A stretch of DNA of 61,726 nucleotides, counting the filler. It is 6 parts of 6 records of this genome, joined end to end, with 100 filler letters (N's around TTAATTAATTAA, not from the genome) between each part and the next. Parts side by side here need not be neighbours in the genome. Positions count along the whole stretch, not along the records: positions 22,439 to 37,324 come from DRR723986_11797; positions 37,425 to 43,908 come from DRR723986_11803; 4 more parts are not named here. One strand, 5' to 3'. Under the pieces are notes generated by a model, which ran no database searches, was not told the origin of the DNA, and worked only from the letters and a program-made list of their open reading frames with translations. Shown here in pieces: positions 30,336 to 38,122 of the stretch; positions within the stretch are counted from its first letter, which is position 1, and each line of letters starts with the position of its first letter. Both the position numbers and the translations under genes were made by a program.

Positions 30336-30692
30336 TCACAGGATCGGCCGGCCGAAGCCGCCTTCGCTTTCGATCGCTTTCCGGGTGTTGCAGGCCTTCG
30401 CCATCGGTTGCCAGTTGTTCCGATCCCAGAACAGGAACATGTCGCCCTTGTGAGCGATGATATGATCGACCACGTTGGCGCGCCGCCCGCAGCCGCAGGC
30501 ACACAGTTGATTGCCAGGCTCGGCGAGGAAGGCGCGCGAAGCGATCTCCCACTCCTTGCTATAGCCGCGCTTCCTGGCGCTCAGCCGCCTTGCATCGGCA
30601 GCCTTGCGACGCGCTTTATGGCACTCCGGACAGTTGCGCCCCGTATAGGGCGCATGACCATAAGCGCAGTGCTTGGGCGGGGCGTAGGGCAT
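30336..30692 (-). CDS. HNH endonuclease (packaging cofactor, gp74-like)
   Basis: SARKRGYSKEW...CACGC...VVDHIIAHKGD...FWDRNNWQPM..CN. Confidence 0.92.
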   Translation of the reverse strand: MPYAPPKHCAYGHAPYTGRNCPECHKARRKAADARRLSARKRGYSKEWEIASRAFLAEPGNQLCACGCGRRANVVDHIIAHKGDMFLFWDRNNWQPMAKACNTRKAIESEGGFGRPIL

Positions 30693-30761
30693 CGGCGGAC
30701 TAACTCCCTAAACGGGCGGGCGCATGGCGGAAAAGGAGACACCACGCGCCCGCCACACGCA

Positions 30762-31151
30762 TCACGCAGCAGGCCGGACAGTTGCGCGTGATTTGATCAC
30801 CGTGACGCTGGCCAGCATGCTGGTGCCGGCCGTCTTGGTCAGGATAACGCGGACATAGCGCTTGGTGCCCAGATAGCCGACTTCTGCAATGCTTTGAGCC
30901 GGCAGGCTATCGAATGGCGACTTGTATTGCAGGTCGGCATCATCGACGCTGGCGAAGTCTGCCGGCGTATCGGTATCGGAATGCTGCACATCAGCCGTGA
31001 ACGCCGCGCCGCCAGTTTCCGCCCCGGTGTGGAACAGAAAGCAAGCGCTGCCGAAGCCTTCCAGGTCGACGAATTCCGACGTCCGGTTGGCAGTAAGGGA
31101 TTCCGGCGGTATCGCCTCGACCACCTCGATATTGTTGTAAAGGTCACGCAT
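30762..31151 (-). CDS. putative capsid decoration/cement protein
   Basis: 129 aa, beta-rich, directly after the capsid gene with AGGAG RBS; YLGTKRYVRV motif. Confidence 0.55.
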   Translation of the reverse strand: MRDLYNNIEVVEAIPPESLTANRTSEFVDLEGFGSACFLFHTGAETGGAAFTADVQHSDTDTPADFASVDDADLQYKSPFDSLPAQSIAEVGYLGTKRYVRVILTKTAGTSMLASVTVIKSRATVRPAA

Positions 31152-31166
31152 GGGGCTGATCTCCTA

Positions 31167-32807
31167 TCAGGTCGCGCATTTCAGTTTGCGGAAGGCTTCG
31201 GACAGCACCACATCGCCGCCGACGCGCCGGCGGGCGTGGTAACGAACCAGGCCCTTGTTCGCGACAGTGTATGGATCTCGCAGCACAGACAGGGCGAGGC
31301 GGTCATAGACACGGTAGCCGCGCTGGAAGTTACCGAAGATCACCGGCACTTTGTTCGAGCCGATGTCTTCCATGTCCGGCGCCTCGATCACCGGGCGGCC
31401 CAGCAGAAGATCGGGCTGGCCATCCTGAAGCGAATTCTGCCACAGGAAGCGGCCATTTGAATCCTTCAGCAGGCGAACCACCGCAATCGTTGAGGCGTTC
31501 ATCATCCAGACGCCGGTTGCGCGATAGAAGGCCGGCAGGGCGTACATCAGGTTGATCAGCGTCTCATCCGGCGCCGTTCCCAGCGACGTGGTTGAGCCGG
31601 TCTTCGAGAAGGCGATATTCTTGTTGGTGAGAAAGCCGGTCGGCTTCTTCACGCCATCGCCCAGGACAAAAGCACCGCCTTCGAGCCGGCCGAATTCCTC
31701 GGCAAGATCCGCGGCGACTTCGGCCTCGACATTGACGGCCGAGTCTTCGAGCAGCCGGCGGGACACGTCGACATAGCAGGACGCCTCATGCGTCGGAATC
31801 TCGATCTGGCCATAGGCGGCTTCGGTTTCGGTTCGGGTTTCCGTCTCACCCACCCATTGCGCCGTCGGCTGGCCGGTGCGGCGCGGCAGGATCACCGAAC
31901 CGGCGGCCGTTGCCCCGACGCGGGCAGCCTGGCGAACCGGCGAGATTTCAACGATGCCCTTGATCACTTCGGCAACGAATTGCGGCGGGGCGAGATAACC
32001 GCCCGTCGTATCGTCGGCGACTTTCAGGCTTTTGACTTCATCCGGGCCCATATGCTCGGCGCCGCGGCGAAGGAAATTGCCGAATGCACGCTTTTCGATC
32101 GCGGCGGCATCCTCGCCTTCACCGGCCGGGCGCGCGATGGCGCCGGGACGTGAAAGCCGGGTTTCGATGGACTCCGCGGTTTGGCGGATCTCGTCCAGGA
32201 CCGTTTCGACGGCGCCGAGGCGTTCATCGACACGATCAGCCCGCGACTCCAGTTCGGAGGCACGGGTTTCGAGCGCGGCACCATCGCCGCCCCCTTCCTT
32301 GATTACAGGTTTCGGCATGTTGCCCTCTTCCCTTTGCTTGACATTAGCGACCCTCGCCCCGTGAGCCGCAGGAATTGAAACGATAGAAATTTCCACAAGT
32401 TCGATTTCGAGCAGCCGGCGGCCGCCCCCGTCGACATTCTCCCAGCGCCGGGTTCGGAACCCGATCGAAAGCCCATCGAGCGCGCCTGCCTTCAGCAGCG
32501 CATAGGCTTCGGCGCCGCGCCGTGTGCTGAGAATGATCCGGCCGGAAACGGAAAGCCCGTTCGCGTCTTCCTTGATCTCGGTCCAGACACCGATCGGCTC
32601 GGCAATGTCATGCTGCCACAGCATCAGCGGCATCGTGCCGGCTGCCTTGTGCTCGGCGAGGCTCGCCGCAAAGGCACCGGGCGCGATCGTGTCGCCATAA
32701 TCGTCGGCCTCGGCATCGAACAGCGACGCATAGCCGGCGATCTCGCCAGCCCCGCCGCTGCCACCGGCCAGCTTGATTTCCAAGTCTATGGTGCCGTCAA
32801 GCCGCAT
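31167..32807 (-). CDS. fused HK97 prohead protease + major capsid protein
   Basis: N-terminal GYASLF, LWQHD, GLSIGF, EISIVSIPA protease; coiled-coil delta domain; GGYLAP, WVGE, GDGVKKPTG, LLGRPV, FGNF capsid motifs. Confidence 0.95.
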   Translation of the reverse strand: MRLDGTIDLEIKLAGGSGGAGEIAGYASLFDAEADDYGDTIAPGAFAASLAEHKAAGTMPLMLWQHDIAEPIGVWTEIKEDANGLSVSGRIILSTRRGAEAYALLKAGALDGLSIGFRTRRWENVDGGGRRLLEIELVEISIVSIPAAHGARVANVKQREEGNMPKPVIKEGGGDGAALETRASELESRADRVDERLGAVETVLDEIRQTAESIETRLSRPGAIARPAGEGEDAAAIEKRAFGNFLRRGAEHMGPDEVKSLKVADDTTGGYLAPPQFVAEVIKGIVEISPVRQAARVGATAAGSVILPRRTGQPTAQWVGETETRTETEAAYGQIEIPTHEASCYVDVSRRLLEDSAVNVEAEVAADLAEEFGRLEGGAFVLGDGVKKPTGFLTNKNIAFSKTGSTTSLGTAPDETLINLMYALPAFYRATGVWMMNASTIAVVRLLKDSNGRFLWQNSLQDGQPDLLLGRPVIEAPDMEDIGSNKVPVIFGNFQRGYRVYDRLALSVLRDPYTVANKGLVRYHARRRVGGDVVLSEAFRKLKCAT

Positions 32808-33996
32808 TGCTGCCTCCCGAGGCGTCTTCTGTGTTCATCGGCAGGCGGAACTGATCGCCGCCTTGATAGGGCGCCCGGTTCTCGGCAGCGCGCACTTCAT
32901 TCGGCGACAGAAGCCCATTCGTCACCGCCTTGGCATAGGCTTCGAAGCGCGAGGCGAGGTCGGCCCGGGCGAGATCATCTGTCAGGAACTCGGCGTAATA
33001 GGTTGGCCGTTCGCGGGCCGTCAGCAGCGCCCGGCGGATGCCGCCCTCCCAGGCCTTCAGCCATGGCATCAGGGTGAAGGAAACGAATTGCCGCCCGAGG
33101 CTTTCAGCGTTCGCATGCGTGGTCCGTTCGAGGTCTTGCAGCATGTGCAAGGGTACGCGGAAGCCGCGCGCGATCTCAGCCACCTGATGGCGGCGCAGTT
33201 CGAGGAATTGAAGGTCGACCGAATTGAACTGAAGCGGGGTGAAATCCATCCCGTCTTCCAGCACAAGCGTCTTCCCGGAATTGGCGCCGCCGGCATAGGC
33301 CTGGGCGAATTCACCGCGAAGGCGTCGCATGGCGTCGGGCGTCAGCGCCTTGGCGTATTTAAACACGCCAGACGGGCGAGCCCCCTCCCCGAACAGGCGA
33401 GCGCCATGCTCTTCCATCGCCAGGGCGAGCCCGATCGCCTCGCGCATCTGGTGGATCGGCGACAGGCCGCCCAGGGCGTGCAGGTGGAAGATTTCCCGGC
33501 GGGAATAGCGCCGGGTCTGCCCGTCGCCGATCGCCACTTCATAGGACGGTTCCATCGTCACCGGATCGGTCTTGATCGTGACAGACGTAGAAGGGATCTG
33601 GATAAGTTCCCGCACCTCGCCCCTAGGATTCCGGCTGATATAGGCGAAGGCATGCCCGTGCTTGCAAAGCGCTTCCTGCATGTCGAGGCGGAATTCGAAG
33701 CCCGATGTCCAGTCATTCGGCTGATCATGCAGCAGGGTGTAGAGCGGGTGATCCGTCGCCCGGGCTTTCGTGCCATTGGGAAGGCGCTGGTAGAGTTGCA
33801 GCGGCAGTTGCGCGACGCTTTCGGAGATCACCTTCACGCAGGCATAGACTGCGGGGCAACGCATGGCGATTTCCGGCGAGACCGCGACGCCAGACGCGAC
33901 AGGCACGGCGCCGAACAAGGCGAGCATGTCCGGCGATGCATCACGCAAAGCCGATTTGGCCTTCAGGCCAACAAGTCGCTGGAATCGTTCGAGCAT
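32797..33996 (-). CDS. HK97 family portal protein
   Basis: PAVYACVKVISESVAQLPL, QFLELRRHQVAEIARGFRVP, LSPNEVRAAEN. Confidence 0.95.
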   Translation of the reverse strand: MLERFQRLVGLKAKSALRDASPDMLALFGAVPVASGVAVSPEIAMRCPAVYACVKVISESVAQLPLQLYQRLPNGTKARATDHPLYTLLHDQPNDWTSGFEFRLDMQEALCKHGHAFAYISRNPRGEVRELIQIPSTSVTIKTDPVTMEPSYEVAIGDGQTRRYSRREIFHLHALGGLSPIHQMREAIGLALAMEEHGARLFGEGARPSGVFKYAKALTPDAMRRLRGEFAQAYAGGANSGKTLVLEDGMDFTPLQFNSVDLQFLELRRHQVAEIARGFRVPLHMLQDLERTTHANAESLGRQFVSFTLMPWLKAWEGGIRRALLTARERPTYYAEFLTDDLARADLASRFEAYAKAVTNGLLSPNEVRAAENRAPYQGGDQFRLPMNTEDASGGSNAA

Positions 33997-34080
33997 GTGC
34001 CCTTACCTGCCGTTGCAGGTCGCACATTCCAGGGAAATCAGGGCGTTACAATCTCAAACGTCACAGGACGGATGATTTAA

Positions 34081-34154
34081 CTTTACTCGCCTTTACTGGG
34101 ACTTACGAGAGTTTTCTAGAGTTGTCCGAAATTTGAGATTCATTGTTCGGACAA
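34081..34154. promoter_or_regulatory. putative control region of the packaging operon
   Basis: CTTTACT at 34081 and 34091 plus ACTTAC at 34101; inverted repeat TTGTCCGAA-N15-TTCGGACAA at 34122-34154. Confidence 0.5.
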
Positions 34155-34263
34155 AGGGTGGAGCAAACCCATAGTGGTGTTCGATTTTTTTGTGTTGAGC
34201 GACCAATCCATTTTCTAGCCAGTATCGTGTAAAAAAACGAGGTAAAATAGACGGTGGGAATCG

Positions 34264-34629
34264 ATGCTTTCAGCGCTCAGAAAAGCCAAACTAGCCTTAA
34301 GTAAGCGATACCGAAATTCGGAGGTCCGAGTCCGCAAGTTCTTCCAACTACGGAGTGCAGAGCACCGAAATAATGATGACAGAAGATCTGTCGACCGAAA
34401 AAGAAAATTCAGTGCCGCTCGCATCATTTTGACTGATAAGGAGCTATCGATCTACGCAACTGTGCTAAACAGGAGCTCCAATGGCGCGCAACTGAAGCTC
34501 AAATATTTTATTACGCTCCCTGAAAACTTTGAAATTGAAGTGCGCGAGGAAAACGCTCTATTGCCTTTACGCTTCAGATGTACGCTACGATGGCAAAATA
34601 AACGCAAAATCGGTGTTTCAATTGCTTGA
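34264..34629 (+). CDS. PilZ domain protein
   Basis: RSVDR (RxxxR) and NRSSNG (D/NxSxxG) motifs; C-terminal CTLRW...IGV. Confidence 0.8.
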   Translation: MLSALRKAKLALSKRYRNSEVRVRKFFQLRSAEHRNNDDRRSVDRKRKFSAARIILTDKELSIYATVLNRSSNGAQLKLKYFITLPENFEIEVREENALLPLRFRCTLRWQNKRKIGVSIA

Positions 34630-34674
34630 GTATGACAGGACATTTCTCAGTAGGCAAATCAATTATCGTTCTAA

Positions 34675-34944
34675 CTACGCAACATTTTTGACTAAATACC
34701 GAACTCTTATGTCGTATCCCCGCTGCCAAACTAGTTGGCAATGGTGCTTAACTGACTGACCAGAAATGGGATTGTCAATTTCCAGATCGAAAAAGGGTGG
34801 GCATGGCCAGACAACACCAACAAGTAGCCTAGCGCCAACGTTCGACATGCTGACAATACTTACACTCATCGCAGAGCGTCCAAGGTTGTGCACAATACGG
34901 GCGGTCTTCAGGGCCTTTCTCCGGAACTGCGACCTGTCTTCCAT
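34675..34944 (-). CDS. PilZ domain protein (second motif degenerate)
   Basis: RSQFR, SMSNVGARL, CQLVWQRG. Confidence 0.78.
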   Translation of the reverse strand: MEDRSQFRRKALKTARIVHNLGRSAMSVSIVSMSNVGARLLVGVVWPCPPFFDLEIDNPISGQSVKHHCQLVWQRGYDIRVRYLVKNVA

Positions 34945-35094
34945 GTAACCAAATTCCCTAGCCGCTCAGCTCTCAATCCGATTTTCTGCCGCTCGCATAG
35001 CAAGTAATCTCGACTTAGATCTGACCATTGATACATCTTTGATTGATCAAACTGATGATTAAGGGTGTAGCATTTCAACCTACCCGAGCGGGTT

Positions 35095-35328
35095 ATGCAG
35101 GCAGCATTAGTCGCCTATGGCACGAAGCTTGCTTCTCGAGCCCGTATGACCCAGAGTGACAAAATCATATTGTTTCCGGTTCTAAGAACCGATGGACCGG
35201 CGAAAAGAGACGCTATCAAAGCCGAGTATCGCAAGCGCGCTGCGGCACTTCCGCAATGGCTTCGCGATTTGGATACAGACTGGATTTACAACGAACTCGC
35301 GCAGCGAAAGATCGATGGACAGTTTTAG
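35095..35328 (+). CDS. small hypothetical protein
   Basis: 60-77 aa ORF filling the gap; no recognisable motif. Confidence 0.35.
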   Translation: MQAALVAYGTKLASRARMTQSDKIILFPVLRTDGPAKRDAIKAEYRKRAAALPQWLRDLDTDWIYNELAQRKIDGQF

Positions 35329-35398
35329 TATCGGAAAACGTCAGGATTGATCGCGTCCGCAAATCAAAAGGTGGTCGCAATTTCAGCGTACCGGCAGA

Positions 35399-35815
35399 TT
35401 ACCGCACCTTACAGGCAAGCAGCCATTGCGAAGGAAACATCTCGCCGGCGAGAACCGGGTGCCGAGAGTGCACGCCCGTCAGCGCTGATGGATTATCGTT
35501 CAGCATGATCTGTGTGACGTTTATGGTTCCAAACGGCGTGCTTTCGAGAAAATGAATCACGCCTGGGCCGTCCATTGCGACAACAGGAACCGATCCCGCA
35601 TTCCCGGTCATGATCCAATTCTCATCATCGAGCCTTGAGAAGGTGATATTGAACACCTTGTCCTTTTCGACGATATAGCTCGTCAGCGCATCATTGGCCT
35701 GGGCGTGAGCAACCTCCTCGCAGTCGATTGCCCAAGGCAGAGGCTTTTCAGCCCCCGCCGGCATCGACGCCGCCACCGCCAGGCCGCCCAGGATCGCCGC
35801 TTTGATTGCCCGCAT
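35399..35815 (-). CDS. secreted hypothetical protein
   Basis: Signal peptide (AGA-E), two cysteines, GGAG/GGGA upstream. Confidence 0.7.
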   Translation of the reverse strand: MRAIKAAILGGLAVAASMPAGAEKPLPWAIDCEEVAHAQANDALTSYIVEKDKVFNITFSRLDDENWIMTGNAGSVPVVAMDGPGVIHFLESTPFGTINVTQIMLNDNPSALTGVHSRHPVLAGEMFPSQWLLACKVR

Positions 35816-35924
35816 GGTCCCGCTCCGATTTATTCGGATTCAATCAATACGTTTTCACGGCATCGGGCAAGGCGCGGGTGGGGCAGGCCAATCCCAACAG
35901 CCAACTAGTTCATATTCGCACGAC

Positions 35925-36287
35925 TCACTCACACCCTATCCCATCACCGTCGCGATCCAGGTGCGCACCATAACCTGGCTCACCGCGCCGGACAGGCGCA
36001 GCGCCGGCAGCACGAGCCTCAGCACAATTACGGAAACTTCGGATCATTGGCTGCCTAACTGGACTACCAGAAGACGCCGACGAACCGCCATTGGAGGAAA
36101 AATAGGAAGGCGGTGGCGCAGGTGGCGGCGGAGGCGAATAGCTTGACCGATGACAGTGATAGTCACCTGTCTTCCGATTGTGGTGACACCCTTTAGAGTC
36201 GAGTCCACCGCCATGCGCTAAAGCAGGCGCCGAAATGATGCCCGACGCGATCACAAGAAAAGCCCCACGCAGTATTAGACCAAACAT
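35925..36287 (-). CDS. secreted YHYH + Excalibur calcium-binding domain protein
   Basis: HGGGLDSKGCHHNRKTGDYHCH, Pro-rich linker, FRNCAEARAAG...YGAHLDRDGDGIGCE. Confidence 0.9.
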   Translation of the reverse strand: MFGLILRGAFLVIASGIISAPALAHGGGLDSKGCHHNRKTGDYHCHRSSYSPPPPPAPPPSYFSSNGGSSASSGSPVRQPMIRSFRNCAEARAAGAAPVRRGEPGYGAHLDRDGDGIGCE

Positions 36288-36328
36288 TTATCACCCTCCG
36301 CATTTCAGTCGGAATCTAGAAGGCAGGA

Positions 36329-37105
36329 TTACTTGATTGCAGCAGCATCAAACGTGAACTGGTGCGTATCACCGGCAAAATTGACCGCGACCTGCACTGT
36401 TGTTTGACCCTTGCTAAGCCGAATTGGGCCAACCACCACTTTGCCACCAAATGTCTGCCCAGGATAAACCGTGGTTGCCTGTAGAATGTGGTTTGACACC
36501 TCGTTCAGCGTGGCTTGCAAGCTGGACTGTATGCTTTTCATTTGGTCTGCGGTGCGCGCACGATTTTCAGCCTCAAGCGCCTGGGTTATTGCCGGGTTGT
36601 AGGTGGTTGTGGTCGAAGCTCCGTATCCGGATGAATTGTATGTCGCCGTTCCATACGGCGAATAAACATTGCCGTAGGTATTAGTTCGAGCAGTGGTATA
36701 GGATGAACTATAAGCAGCCTGAGAATTGGCGTAGCTATTCGACGCCGAAGACATCGCTACAGCAAATGCCTGCCACGCGGCAGCATTCCGCGCTTCTTTC
36801 TCAAGTTCGGCAGCGCTAAAAACCTTAACCTGCCCGTTGGTATCCACAATTTCGAGATTGGTGGTGTCTAGAACCTCAGGTTCTGCCCCGTCATTCAGTA
36901 CCGAAATGTAAAACCCTGCGCGCTCTTCAAATGACTTACTTGAGGGCGATAGCGACACTACAGACTTCTCACCGTAATTGGTGACAGTCGGAATTCCCTT
37001 GTAAAAGTCTAACTCCTGCCCGTCTGTCGGTACCGGGGTTAGGTTGTAAGTGGTTGTGCAAGCAGAAATGACTGCGATAGCCAAAATCGAAGCAAGAAAT
37101 CTCAT
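36329..37105 (-). CDS. lipoprotein of unknown function
   Basis: GGAGG RBS, lipobox ISAC, Ser/Thr/Tyr-rich central segment. Confidence 0.8.
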   Translation of the reverse strand: MRFLASILAIAVISACTTTYNLTPVPTDGQELDFYKGIPTVTNYGEKSVVSLSPSSKSFEERAGFYISVLNDGAEPEVLDTTNLEIVDTNGQVKVFSAAELEKEARNAAAWQAFAVAMSSASNSYANSQAAYSSSYTTARTNTYGNVYSPYGTATYNSSGYGASTTTTYNPAITQALEAENRARTADQMKSIQSSLQATLNEVSNHILQATTVYPGQTFGGKVVVGPIRLSKGQTTVQVAVNFAGDTHQFTFDAAAIK

Positions 37106-37222
37106 TAGCCCCTCCAAAGCCGCTTTTAGAAATTACTACTTTTGCGCAACAACAAAGCAACCAGATATCGAGCGCATACCCCAAAAGAATTGATCCAGCC
37201 CGGAATTCAGCAAGCCTCCACC

Positions 37223-37324
37223 GGGGAAGGCGGGGAACGATTTGGCCCAGATGGGGAGAGATATAATCAATAAATACATAGCATTATGTATGTGTTCCCC
37301 ACCTTCCCCACCTTCCCCACCTTC
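37223..37324. repeat. second iteron-like putative origin, truncated at the contig end
   Basis: GGGGAAGGCGGGGAACG, AT-rich core, palindrome ATACATA-GCAT-TATGTAT, then TTCCCCACC x3. Confidence 0.6.
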
Positions 37325-37424
37325 NNNNNNNNNNNNNNNNNNNNNNNNNNNNNNNNNNNNNNNNNNNNTTAATTAATTAANNNNNNNNNNNNNNNNNNNN
37401 NNNNNNNNNNNNNNNNNNNNNNNN
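37325..37424. other. artificial contig linker
   Basis: N-TTAATTAATTAA-N. Confidence 0.99.
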
Positions 37425-37962
37425 AAAGATCGTCGCTGATGCCGAGCCCGATCAGGTCGGTGTAGAAGCTGATTGTTTCCTCGGTGGCCGGTGCCGGCAG
37501 TACGGCGTGGCCGAAACCCATATCCCCGGTGTCTTCATCGCCGGTAATGAACTCGCGGATGCCGACCGGGGAAATCAGCGGCGCGTAGTCGAGCAGGCGG
37601 CCGTAATAGAGCTCCAGCGTATTCCCTGAGGGATCCTGCACAGTGGCAAAGTCGCTGACGCAGCGGCGGGTGGCCTCACCGGCGCTGCCGGGGGATACCG
37701 TGTGGCCGGCGTCAGCCAGGGTGTCGCAGATCGCCTGCCAGGTCGACTTGTCGCGGAATTCCAGGCCACAGGCCAGCAGGCGGTCTTGTTCGCCGGGCTC
37801 GATCATGAAGCGGAACGGGTGGTCGTCCATGCGCAGGAAACTGGCGCCGGCGGCATCCTCACGCGGCGCCCGCATCAGGCCGAGGATATCCGTGCCGAAG
37901 GTCATCCACGCGGCCGTATCGGTGGATTCGATTCTTACGTAGCCAATGCTTGCAACGCCCAT
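37425..37962 (-). CDS. hsaC: extradiol ring-cleavage dioxygenase, HsaC/BphC family (3' truncated)
   Basis: SIGYVRIE...FLRMDDHPFR...QDPSGNTLELYYG...MGFGHAVL; sterol gene context. Confidence 0.8.
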
Positions 37963-38122
37963 GCTGTGTCTCCTGGTGGCTTAATCGGTGGCCCCGTCCT
38001 GCGGGATCAGAGCCAGTCATTATCGGTGAAATCCCCGCTGGCGACAGGCCACTCGTGGATTTGCGCGCAGCTGGTATAAGTAAGCCAACCTCTGCGCGCC
38101 GGGCCGTACCCGGTGCCGCGCG

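Larger units (their letters stand above)
22439..37324 (-). mobile_element. tRNA-anchored capsid-forming phage satellite (cf-PICI-like), right end truncated
   Basis: att-like tRNA end, primase-helicase, AlpA-like regulator, TerL/TerS/HNH/capsid/portal; no tail or lysis genes; integrase not within the contig. Confidence 0.8.

Noticed and set aside
28254-33996. Gene transfer agent head cluster or complete prophage
   Set aside because: HNH, P27-type TerS, cos-like site, primase and att are not features of RcGTA-type clusters, and there are no tail or lysis genes for a full prophage within the contig
37295-37324. TTCCCCACC repeats as a CRISPR array
   Set aside because: 9-bp tandem units without spacers and no cas genes; better explained as iterons
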